This document shows positions 48,780-58,500 of a stretch of 64,000 bases of DNA, one piece after another. The notes beneath the pieces are model-generated. The model worked only from the letters and a program-made list of their open reading frames with translations. It was not told where the DNA came from and made no database searches. This DNA is from Thermoplasmata archaeon. Its GTDB lineage: Archaea > Thermoplasmatota > Thermoplasmata > UBA10834. Each line of letters begins with the position of its first letter. Positions within the stretch are counted from its first letter, which is position 1. The position numbers were made by a program, and so were the translations under genes. The DNA is taken from assembly GCA_035529455.1 (NCBI GenBank), contig DATKWQ010000022.1:7418-71417 (forward strand). Direction: 5' to 3'.

Positions 48780-49616
48780 TCAGACGTCCCGCTTCTGGAA
48801 CCATACGTATGCGAGCATGAGCGGTACTACGGTCCAAAGCAGCTGCGCGAAGGCCAACGAACAGAGGTTGATCCACGGCACGTCGAATTCGAATCCCAGA
48901 AACTCGGTCTGGCCGAATGCCAGCATCGCAGCCGCCTGGTTCCCATCCTGAGGGCTCAGGAAGACCTCGAACCAGAACCAGTCCGGAACGGAGGATGTGT
49001 CCCCTGAGATCAGGTCGTTCATGCTTCCGCCCGTGGCCATGTACAGCCCCATCACAATCATCCCGATGATCATACCCCAGAAGAAGAGCACAACACCAGC
49101 CCCCAGGGAGGTCACGCGTCTCTTCAGCAGGGCGGAGAAGCTCATGGACAGGCTCACATAGAGCAGGCCAAGGAGCATGGTGAACAGCATGAAGACAACA
49201 TATCCGCTCCACTGGGAATGTCCGGTTGTCACCGCGATGACCATGCCAGAGATCCCGAAACCGATAAGGATCGAGAAACATATCACCGATCCCAGTCCCA
49301 AGAACTTGCCGAACAGGACCTCGACCCGTCTCACCGGACAGGCAAGGACAACCGAGAGCGCCCCGCTCTCTGCCTCTCCTGATATTGTCGCGTAGCCGAG
49401 CATTATTGCTATGATTGGGACGAGCATGCTGGATATGCTCATGAGCACACCCACGGTCAGATCCATTTCGCCAATGCTGCCCTTGCCGGCCATGAAGGAT
49501 GAGGCGATCGTCAGTGTCAAGAAGACCGCTATCAGCGCAACAATCCACCTGTTCCTCACGTTGTCGGCGAATTCCTTCTTCGCAATGATGTAGACCGACC
49601 TGGGGTCCAGCGACAT
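48780..49616 (-). CDS. ABC-2 type transporter permease (NosY-like)
   Basis: IAKKEF, ISGEAESG, PVRRVEVLFGKF, about six TM helices. Confidence 0.92.
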   Translation of the reverse strand: MSLDPRSVYIIAKKEFADNVRNRWIVALIAVFLTLTIASSFMAGKGSIGEMDLTVGVLMSISSMLVPIIAIMLGYATISGEAESGALSVVLACPVRRVEVLFGKFLGLGSVICFSILIGFGISGMVIAVTTGHSQWSGYVVFMLFTMLLGLLYVSLSMSFSALLKRRVTSLGAGVVLFFWGMIIGMIVMGLYMATGGSMNDLISGDTSSVPDWFWFEVFLSPQDGNQAAAMLAFGQTEFLGFEFDVPWINLCSLAFAQLLWTVVPLMLAYVWFQKRDV

Positions 49617-50546
49617 CTACGGCTCACCCTCCTCCGAGAGCAACTTCACGAACGCCTCCTCCAGGGTCGGCTCGAGCGTCCTGAAATCCTCGATGACCAG
49701 CCCCCTCTCCTGCATCGCGATCATCGCCCTCAACCGCACGCTGGCATCACAGGTAACAATCAAGATATCGTCCTTCGCAGCTGCGTCCTCGACACCTTCG
49801 ATACCCCGAATCCATGATAATGTCTTCTCGTCCAAACCAGGGCTCCGAATCCACAGCCGCGGCCTAATGTGGAGGCCGCCACTGATGTTGTCGATCGTGT
49901 CTTCTGCCACGAGCCTGCCTTTGTCGATTATCGCAATCCTGTGGCAGAGCGCCTGGACCTCTGAGAGAACATGCGACGAGAATATTATCGTGGCGCCCTG
50001 CTCGTTCAGAGTCCTGAGCTTGTCCCTTACGGCCTTGACCCACCTGGCATCCAGGCCTCCAGTGGGTTCGTCCAGCACGTATATGGAGGGGGTTCCAATC
50101 ATCGCCTGCGCTAAGCCCAGCAACTGTGTCATCCCCTTGGAGAAAGTACCCACTCTCCTATAAGCGGCGTCCTCCAAGCCCACATCCCTGATGAGCGAGG
50201 GCACGACGGATTTGTCGACATCGCGCAACTCGCAGAAGAAGTTCAACGTCTGGATTGGCGTGAGATTGTCATAGAATGATATGCGCTCTGGCAGGAACCC
50301 CACATCCCTGCGCAGCTCCACTCCACCTCCATTCACCAGCTTTCCGTTTATGAATGCCTCTCCGGATGTGGGATGGAACAGGCCCATTATCATCTTGATC
50401 GTAGTGCTCTTACCCGCGCCGTTTGGCCCCAGGAATCCGTATATCTCGCCCTTGCGGACCTTCATGCTGAGGGAGTCCACAGCCAGAACGTCCTTGAACC
50501 TCTTCGTTAGGTTCCTGGTCTCAATGACAGTAGGCGAATCTTGCAT
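49617..50546 (-). CDS. ABC transporter ATP-binding protein
   Basis: GPNGAGKST, FSKGM, LDEPTGGLD, SSH. Confidence 0.95.
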   Translation of the reverse strand: MQDSPTVIETRNLTKRFKDVLAVDSLSMKVRKGEIYGFLGPNGAGKSTTIKMIMGLFHPTSGEAFINGKLVNGGGVELRRDVGFLPERISFYDNLTPIQTLNFFCELRDVDKSVVPSLIRDVGLEDAAYRRVGTFSKGMTQLLGLAQAMIGTPSIYVLDEPTGGLDARWVKAVRDKLRTLNEQGATIIFSSHVLSEVQALCHRIAIIDKGRLVAEDTIDNISGGLHIRPRLWIRSPGLDEKTLSWIRGIEGVEDAAAKDDILIVTCDASVRLRAMIAMQERGLVIEDFRTLEPTLEEAFVKLLSEEGEP

Positions 50547-50730
50547 GTCACTCTCTCCGGATCATCGTTTTTGACAGAGAAGCAAAGTCGCAACTCTTCC
50601 CTCTCCAGTCTGAGTGCATTACTCCCATTTCCGACACATCATGGAAATGCGACTATTAATGCCTACCAGCGAGAGGGCGGATTAGTTGAGAGCGAAGAAT
50701 CGCTGTGTTCGAGCGCAACGCAGGACGACA

Positions 50731-51140
50731 TCATCTCCGCAGTGTGAGATGGCTGTCGACCACCTCAACAATCTTCGCGTAGAGTGTGCCTCTGGCAGCT
50801 TCGACCCGGGCCGCCTCCGCGGTTCCCACGTCGAAGCTGTCCTCAGACGAATGCCGCACGAGCTCGGCCTGAAGCACATACGAGTTCATGCTTCGATTCC
50901 AAAACCAGGAAGCACTTCCGAACTGGATGTACTCTGAATCCTCTTCAGCGACGTACTTCGGGTCCTTGAACAACCTTAGATCAGACGGGGTGTTCTGAAC
51001 GCAGAAGGCCAAATAGGCAATCATATAACGTATAGTCGAGCCTTGTTCCGCATCACGGGAGATTCGTTTGACACTGTGCGCGTTCAAACCATCTTCGGCC
51101 ACGAAATGGCATAGCAACTCTGGAGCGTGAAGCATGCACA
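50731..51140 (-). pseudogene. Frameshifted remnant of a conserved hypothetical gene (FTLQSCYGHF...YIQFG...WFW...NSY.LQ family)
   Basis: CFTLQSCY (51134-51111) joins HFV..YMIAYLAFCVQN..YIQFGSASWFWNRSMNSYVLQ only through a 1-nt frameshift at about 51110. The upstream frame is closed by TGA. Family recalled, not searched. Confidence 0.55.
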
Positions 51141-51368
51141 TTGACTTACATGATCTCGAGCGTGACGCTGTAGTCACACTCACGCGGGGCACGCCTCTCC
51201 GAACCCGCCCAGGCCTGGAGGGGATTGACCCCCTCGGTTCGATTGGCCGCGCACATCTTGCGTCAATCATTCCACGCCAAGATACGCGTAGAGCTCCCCC
51301 CTAATAGCGAAGACAATGAGCGAAGATCAGTATGTCGTTCTCCGAAAATGGATGAGCGCATTTGCGCA

Positions 51369-54158
51369 TCATTCTGCGCCGGGTCCAGCGTCCCGACGCT
51401 TCTTGCGGTACAGGCTCACGGCGATGAGCGATATCAGCACGGCGAGGACGGGTACGAGCAGGATGGAGAACTCAGGGATGGCCTCTTCGCCGCCAACTTC
51501 GACCTCCACGCTGTCAGTCGAAGTCAGCCCGCTCCCGTCCCGTATCTCGACGAAGACCGTGTAAGACCCTGGCTGAAGGAACTGATGGGACTCTTCGAGG
51601 CCAACAGACCAGTCTGTGTCCCAATTGCCATCACCATCCCAGTCCCAACGAGCCTCGAGCTCCTCAGCCGAAGTCTCCGCGTCCGATGACCCAGACGCGT
51701 CAAACTCGAAGACTGTCTGTGTATCACCCTGTTGAACATCCACGATGAGCGAGGCAACCGGTGGAGTGTTGACGATCAAGCTGATCTGGACCGTGTCCCA
51801 ATCCGAATCGAAATGCACGACATCATCGCTGACCTCAGCCACGACGATATAGGGCGCTTCCGCGCTCTCTGGGCAGGTGTAATCGAAGGAGAATACCATC
51901 GGCGTATCTGGCTCGGGCGTATCCACCTCGGTCATCTCGACGCCCAACGCAGCTATTCTGAGCGTTACGGTGACTGAGTCCCCCTCTGTGTCAGTGACTT
52001 CGACATCGAATCGGATCGAGTCTCCAGGCGAGTAGTACTCAGACGCAGGAGATATTGTCATTGAGTCCGCGACCGGCTTCTCGTTTTCGTCTCTGACGTG
52101 GACGATGGCCGATTCGCTGACATTGTTGTCGTACTCATCCGACAACCATAGGGTCATGTCGAAGTTGCCGACGCTTGTGTAAGTATGCGATGCCGAATAC
52201 CCTTCTGCGGGATTACCCTTGGTCACGGAGCTGTCGTCACCCCAGTCATACCAGAAATCCAGGGTTGAGTGAGAGGGATTGACGATGTCAAAGGGTGTGA
52301 CGACCAGCGCTTCGTTGTACACAGCATCGTAGGACTCCTCCATAGAGAACTCCGGTGGGACGACGCCTATGCTGATCGCGTCCAACCATGCCGTGTCGTC
52401 GTAGGCGCTGATGCTCGGGCCCTTGGTGTAGTTCCAGTACATCGTTTGAGTCCCTTCACCCAGTGAATGCGTCTCCTCGCTCCATCCCGCTTCTCCGGTG
52501 GCAGAGGAATAGACATCACTATCCGGTACCGCGAACGAGAGTATGTCATCTCCATTCTCAGACGACACTCTCCATGAGAAAGTGATCGTTGCGGGCCCAG
52601 TCATCGACAATGCCAAAGAGGTGCACTCACCGTCGGCCACATCCCCGCTCTGCATCGAAGCTTCATCAGATGCCGAGGAGTCCAAGACAGCCACCCATTC
52701 CACCTCTGACTCTGAGAAGAGCTCAAGACCAGCCGAGTCCAAGGCAACACCCGCATCTATGGCGTCGTACCGTGGCAGAGAGACGGTGACCGTGGCAGGC
52801 GTCGATCTTGGCACATCGTCGGACTGCCCTGAGGTCCGTGTGGCCACGCCAGGGACGTAATCCCCACTGTATGATGTGACCTTGAATGAGGAGATGGTTC
52901 CTCTCGACGATGACGGCCCGATGTCCAGGAAGAACTCCTCAGACGAACTCTCGTACAACGCTGCGAACTCGGTTATGTCCAGGCACATGTACGTTGGGAA
53001 CTGATGAGCTGCGACCCTGTCAGGGGTGAAGAACGGGCTCTTTGACGCCAGAGGGGACGAGGAAGGTCCGATGCCCAACTCGAGGGACGCGCTCCGCGAT
53101 GGGGCATCGTTGAAGTGCCAGCTCGCTACCAGCTCTGGCGAGTAATCCTCGATGTCGGAGATGTAATTCAGGTCTGAGAGACCGAGGATTCCCAACTCCA
53201 TCATTGTCTCATACGTGAACCAGTAGAAGCCTTCGTCACCCCAATCGCTACCCCAGGAGTTCACGACCCAGAACGCCCCGACATCCCCGTCGTCGGTCAC
53301 CGTGTCATCGTACCCGACCACGGTCTGGGCGTGATTGAGCGATATCGAGGAATACTCGTCCGATGAGATGATAAAGTTGGAGTCGGCGAACGCTGGGCTG
53401 AACTCGTTCGCGTCTATGCCGAATGTGACGGGTGTGCCTTCCGACACCAGCAGCTTGATCTCGTCTATGGTCGATGCGCCGGTGTAGTCGATGTGGAAAA
53501 CCTCGTCCGCACGGTGAGCTGGCGCCTCGCGGAAGGCGGATGCGGAGCCCAAATCGAGATACTCGTGCTCGTCGAACGGCATCGTCTGCATCGTTGCCGC
53601 GCCCCAGTCTCTGACAACAATCAGGTTCTCTTCCATCCCAGAGCCGGAGTCCCGGCCGTTGTTGGCCCGACTGTAGGTCCATGCAGGAGATATGAGCTGG
53701 CCGGGCTCTCCAGACGACGCGAGAGTCCAGTCGTTGTCGACCGATTCAAGGAAGCCGTAGGCGTAATACGCGGCGGCCCAGGCGGCACACGATGGTTGAG
53801 AAGCCTGATTACCCACAGCGGGGAACGTCGGCAACACCGACAAGTCCACGGCTCCGGGCAGCGCCTCGAAGTCCGCCTCGATGGAATCCAGCACATTCAC
53901 GCTTCCAACCATCGCAAGCAGTTGTTCCTCCGTCGGCGGGGCCAACCCCGTCCCGAACCCATTCACCAAGACGTTGTAATCCGTGGAGGAGTCACGCACT
54001 CCAAACGCCGCGCGGATGCCGTCGATGTCCTCAATGGTCATCTTGTGGAAATTGTACACTGGCTCGGATGATGGCAGGGGCGATGCCAGCGTTGCTGGAA
54101 GAGCTGACGAAAGGCAGATAACCAACGCAATCATCAAAGAGAAACGTGTGAACACCAT
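51369..54158 (-). CDS. Secreted papain-like C1 cysteine peptidase with PKD domains and PEF-CTERM
   Basis: Signal peptide, NQASQPSCAAW, NHAQTVVGY, VNSWGSDWG, PKD modules (WYDWGD, WDWDGDG), IPEF-TM-RKKRR. Confidence 0.93.
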   Translation of the reverse strand: MVFTRFSLMIALVICLSSALPATLASPLPSSEPVYNFHKMTIEDIDGIRAAFGVRDSSTDYNVLVNGFGTGLAPPTEEQLLAMVGSVNVLDSIEADFEALPGAVDLSVLPTFPAVGNQASQPSCAAWAAAYYAYGFLESVDNDWTLASSGEPGQLISPAWTYSRANNGRDSGSGMEENLIVVRDWGAATMQTMPFDEHEYLDLGSASAFREAPAHRADEVFHIDYTGASTIDEIKLLVSEGTPVTFGIDANEFSPAFADSNFIISSDEYSSISLNHAQTVVGYDDTVTDDGDVGAFWVVNSWGSDWGDEGFYWFTYETMMELGILGLSDLNYISDIEDYSPELVASWHFNDAPSRSASLELGIGPSSSPLASKSPFFTPDRVAAHQFPTYMCLDITEFAALYESSSEEFFLDIGPSSSRGTISSFKVTSYSGDYVPGVATRTSGQSDDVPRSTPATVTVSLPRYDAIDAGVALDSAGLELFSESEVEWVAVLDSSASDEASMQSGDVADGECTSLALSMTGPATITFSWRVSSENGDDILSFAVPDSDVYSSATGEAGWSEETHSLGEGTQTMYWNYTKGPSISAYDDTAWLDAISIGVVPPEFSMEESYDAVYNEALVVTPFDIVNPSHSTLDFWYDWGDDSSVTKGNPAEGYSASHTYTSVGNFDMTLWLSDEYDNNVSESAIVHVRDENEKPVADSMTISPASEYYSPGDSIRFDVEVTDTEGDSVTVTLRIAALGVEMTEVDTPEPDTPMVFSFDYTCPESAEAPYIVVAEVSDDVVHFDSDWDTVQISLIVNTPPVASLIVDVQQGDTQTVFEFDASGSSDAETSAEELEARWDWDGDGNWDTDWSVGLEESHQFLQPGSYTVFVEIRDGSGLTSTDSVEVEVGGEEAIPEFSILLVPVLAVLISLIAVSLYRKKRRDAGPGAE

Positions 54159-54276
54159 CGTAATCACCGAAGGTCTCTGGAGGTGCTGATACTGACCGAC
54201 CCTATTTTTATCTTTGCGCCTCAAACGGTAAGACTCTGAAGAGTGCCGAGCCATTGCGTTCTGGCTCCGCCAGGAC

Positions 54277-54473
54277 GGTTGAGAGCAACAGAGGGCTGCG
54301 GTCACTCGCGCATTCGCGATGAACCCGGAAATACTGCTTGCGGACGAGCCAACAGGCAACCTTGATTCCGAGACTGGCCAGCAGATATGGGGCCCCTCAA
54401 GAAGATCATCGCCGTAACACGTTGAGGTGAGGCTTCGAGCAGCGCTGATCGCGCAATTCATCAGCGGTCTGGT
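54277..54473 (+). pseudogene. Remnant of a LolD/MacB-type ABC ATPase gene
   Basis: [33 protein letters not shown] (stop within the signature), then frameshifted IIAVT.*..ADRAIHQRSG. Confidence 0.85.
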
Positions 54474-54623
54474 ATGCGCTTGCCTGGAAAGACGAACACC
54501 GCCAAGGCCGTCTTTCGGTGGATGGTTCAGATAGGAGAGCGACCTCGGCTCGCGTGAACGGTCATCGAAGTCGAATTCGGAAGAAACGTATTTATCAGGC
54601 TATGGATTACTTCGCCAAGGCAA

Positions 54624-54735
54624 GCAGGTGTAATCTAGTCTGGTCAGGATTTTGGCCTTCCAACTCCTCCAGAAGTGAATTAAAATTGGAGAGGGACGAA
54701 AGCCAACGGCCCGGGTTCGAATCCCGGCACCTGCA
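54624..54735 (+). tRNA. tRNA-Gly(TCC) with ~38-nt intron at position 37/38 (about 54663-54700)
   Basis: Acceptor GCAGGTG/CACCTGC, anticodon stem TTGGC/GCCAA split by the intron after CTTCCA, T arm CCGGG-TTCGAAT-CCCGG. Confidence 0.92.
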
Positions 54736-55003
54736 CCTTCGCTCCCCTGAGTCCAACCTGGAACCGCCACCTTTCCGTGACGGCACGAGGCCCATCCGAC
54801 TCCTCTCCAAGGGTGGAAGCATGCACCTCAGCTACCGCCGACTCGAACCACTTCGACCCCGAGAGGAGGAGTGGCTGGAACCGACGATGTGGCGGGAAGC
54901 CAGACGTTCTTGTCCATTACGAGACGAGTCAAGAGACCGGCCGGCCTGTCGCCATTTCATCGGCGTAGCCGACCTCACCAGTCTCAAACGTTCTCTGCCC
55001 GTT

Positions 55004-55234
55004 TCAGCTGGTCTCCGCGCACTCCATGGCCAATGACAGAGATCCACCTTCGAAAGTCAGGCCCGCGTCGATCTCCCTGAGTTCACCCAGTAGACCAATG
55101 ATGTCTTGGACATCTTCACCTTGAGCCTTCATCTCTCCAGCGAGGTCCTCCAGATCATGGACCGTGTGAGTACGGACCCACTCGATCGCCTGGGCGTTCC
55201 GCGCCGCAGCCCGCGCAGTCTTCCTGTTCAGCAT
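55004..55234 (-). CDS. Small hypothetical protein
   Basis: 76-aa helical, coding-like ORF downstream of an AT-rich promoter-like palindrome. Confidence 0.45.
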   Translation of the reverse strand: MLNRKTARAAARNAQAIEWVRTHTVHDLEDLAGEMKAQGEDVQDIIGLLGELREIDAGLTFEGGSLSLAMECAETS

Positions 55235-55555
55235 TGCATCCCATCCGCGCTTTTGTCTGACATTTCGTCAGCTGATTGCCCTTATTGGATTTCCAAATAT
55301 TTAAATATTGTCCAAATAACTTCCGCAACCCATAAAATCGTCAGACCAGGTAAGATCGGGCCGCGCCATGATTACTGACGGCACCATAACATCTGGACGA
55401 GCCCATAAATAACAGGACGCGCATGTAGACATGCGCAGCGCGTCAGACAAGACATGATCTGAGCGGACTCGGCGCAAGCGGCTGCGGACTCCACGGCCTG
55501 CAAAATGATTTATGAAGACAAATCATTCAGTCGACTGAACAAGGGTGAACAAGGT

Positions 55556-58500
55556 TTGGGGATATTCGATTCGTTATTGAACAAGGAGAAGAAGCTCCTG
55601 ACCAGGGCTAACAAGGAACTGGCAAAGGTCGATTCACTTATCAGCAGCGGCAGACGCGATGAGGCTTTCTCGACGCTCAAGAAGCAGATATCCACACTCA
55701 ACGAAGGCATGGGCAGCATCGCGAAGATGAAACCGGAGTTCTCCAGGCTGCTGTCCACGATGGGCTCAAAGTCGTCGACCTTGGGAGAATACTCAACGGG
55801 GGAGGACTGTGCCAAGGTTGCGTTGCAGCTCAATCCCAAGAACCCTGAGGCGATGGTGGTTCTCGGGCAGACTGCGCTGAAGCTCGGGCGGGGAGAGGAG
55901 GCGACTTCGTGGCTGAAGAAGGCCACGGAGCAAGAGCCGAAATCGTCTGTCTACTGGGCGCTCCTGGGAGGGACCCATGAGGCGCTCGAGGAGATAACCG
56001 ATGCAATAGCGTGCTACCGGCGCGTCCTCGAGCTCGTTCCGGACGACATAACTCATTACGACAAGATACTCGAGCATGACGCAAAAGACGTGGACATCAT
56101 AAGGCGCAAAGCGAACGCGTTGGTCAGGCTAAAGAGATACGAGGAGGCGATCACCGTATTCCAGAAGGGAATTGACATACAGCCTAAGGACAAGGACCTC
56201 TGGATAGGGATGGGCGCGGCACTCAACTACAATGACAAACCCGAGGATGCCATCAATGCCCTCAACAAGGCGCTCAAACTCGACCCAAAGGACGCCTACA
56301 TACTCGACAACATAGGCAGGATACAGCACAAACTCGGCAACAGGAAGGAGGCACTCAAATGCTTCTCCGAAGCGGTCAAGATGGAGCCGTCGAGTGCGGT
56401 GCTGTGGAACGAGCTTGGGGTCGTCCAGGAGGAGCTGAACTCTTTCGACCAGGCGATAGCTGCGTTCGACAACGCCCTGAAGATCGAGGAGAACAATCTG
56501 AACGTCCTCCTGAACAAGAAGAAGACGCTCATGAAATCCGAGCGTTTCGCCGACGCCATCGGGGTCTGCGACAGAATCATATTGCTCAGCCCGAAGGACC
56601 ACGAGTCGATATTCGACAAGTCCAGAGCATTGCATGCGTTGGAGAGGTACGACGAAGCGCTCACATTCGTGGAAGCCTCGCTGATGCTCTCTCCTGACGC
56701 CAGAAACGCCATGAAGCTCAAGAAGGAGACGCTCATCTGCCTCAACCGGCATGCGGATGTCGTCGCCTGGTCGAACAGGATCCTCAGCGTCAACTCTGGC
56801 GACTACGAGACGATGCACGACAAGGGGATAGCGCTGGTTAAGCTGGGGAAGGTCCACGACGCCATCAAGACTTTCGAGAGGGCGCTGAAGGCCGCGCCTG
56901 ACCAGCTCCCCCTGCTCGACAGCCTGAAGGAGGCGTACAAGCAGATCAAGAAGGATGCCGAGGTCGTGGATGTATGCGACAGGATCCTATCCATCGACCC
57001 TTCCGACAAGAAGGCCAATTTCGACAAGGCGGTCGCCTTGGACAGGATGGACAGGGTCGACGAGGCGGTTATCACATACCTGGCAGCCCTCAAGAATGAC
57101 CCGAATAACGCGGACGTGTTCTACAACATCGCCGCATTGTTCCTAAGGATCGGCAAGAACAAGGAGTCTCTCGATTACATCAAACAGGGCATATCCTCCG
57201 ACCCGTCCAACGCATCGCTGTGGCGATTGAAGGGGAAGGCTACCTTCGCCGAGAAGGACTTCCAGGAATCCGTCAATTCGTGGGAGAAGGCACTCAAGCT
57301 CGACCCGGACGACCTCGCCACCGGCAAGCACCTCGGCAGAGCGCTTATGGAGCTCAAGAGATACGAGGAGGCGTTGGCCAGGTTCGATTCCGTGATAAAA
57401 GCAGACCCGAACGACGTCGAGGCATGGATATTGAAGGCCGACGCGCTCCAGTGGCTCGAGAACATCGACGGGGCGCTTGCGGCGATCAAGCAGGCGTTGA
57501 AGCTGACACCGAACGCTGCCAACCTGCTTCTTAAAATGGGGCGCCTGCTCACAAGACTGGACCGCAGGGAGGAGGCTCTGGCCGCGTACGACTCTGCCCT
57601 GGCCGTGTCGGTCAAGGACCTGGAAGTCCTCAACGAGAAGAAGGAACTGCTGAGATCACTGAAGAGGTACGATGACGTCATCCAGACATGCGACGAGATA
57701 CTGACCGTGTCACCGAACGACAAAGAAGCCTATGTGGACAGAGGGAGCGCTTCGCTTCTGCTCAAGAAACCGAACGACGCGTTGTACGCCTTCAACAAGG
57801 CGCTCGCGATAGACGACGAGGACCTGGACACGCTCGAGTTGAAGAAGCTCGCCCTCAAGGAGCTCGACGACAACGAGGCCGTCGTGGACGTGTGCGACCG
57901 CATCATCGAGCTCAGCCCCAAGAACAAGATCACGCTGGCGGACAGGGCTGGCGCCCTGGAAAAACTCGGCCGGTTTGACGAGGCCTTGGAGAGCTACGGG
58001 AGAGCCATCGCATTGGACCCCAAGGACTTATTCCTGTGGAACCGCAAAGGGTCCTTGCTGCTCAACGGAGGCAAGGCCGCCCAGGCCGCAGAAGCGTTCG
58101 ACCACGCCCTGAAGCTCGACGGCAACCAGCCATTCGTGCTCAACAACCGCGGGAAGTCGTATCTGGAACTCCGGAGATACGAGGAGGCTCTCGCGGATTT
58201 CAACAAGGCAATCGAGATCCTGCCAAAAGTCCCTGAATTCCACACGGACCAAGGAAGGGCGCTCGCCTCGATGGGGAGGTACGACGAGAGCATAGACTCG
58301 TTCACCGAGGCCAGACGTTACACCCCGAACGACATCTCCGCGCTCAAATACATGGGCATGGCGTTGCTCAAACTGAACCGCATCTCCGAGGCTCTAGGTT
58401 GCTTCGACGAGGCGATACGCCAGGGGTCTTTGGACAGGGACCTCTGGACCAGCAAGGCCAAGGCGTCAGAGGCCGCTGGGGAGAAACAGGAGGCGGCCAG

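Noticed and set aside
49614..49619. In-frame TAG-ATG junction fusing ABC ATPase and permease (amber readthrough)
   Set aside because: Ordinary translational coupling explains it; no pyrrolysine machinery in the window.
51205..51240. GCCCAGGCCTGGAGGGGA reminiscent of SRP RNA helix 8
   Set aside because: Lacks the GNRA loop/AGCA motif and the surrounding SRP helices.
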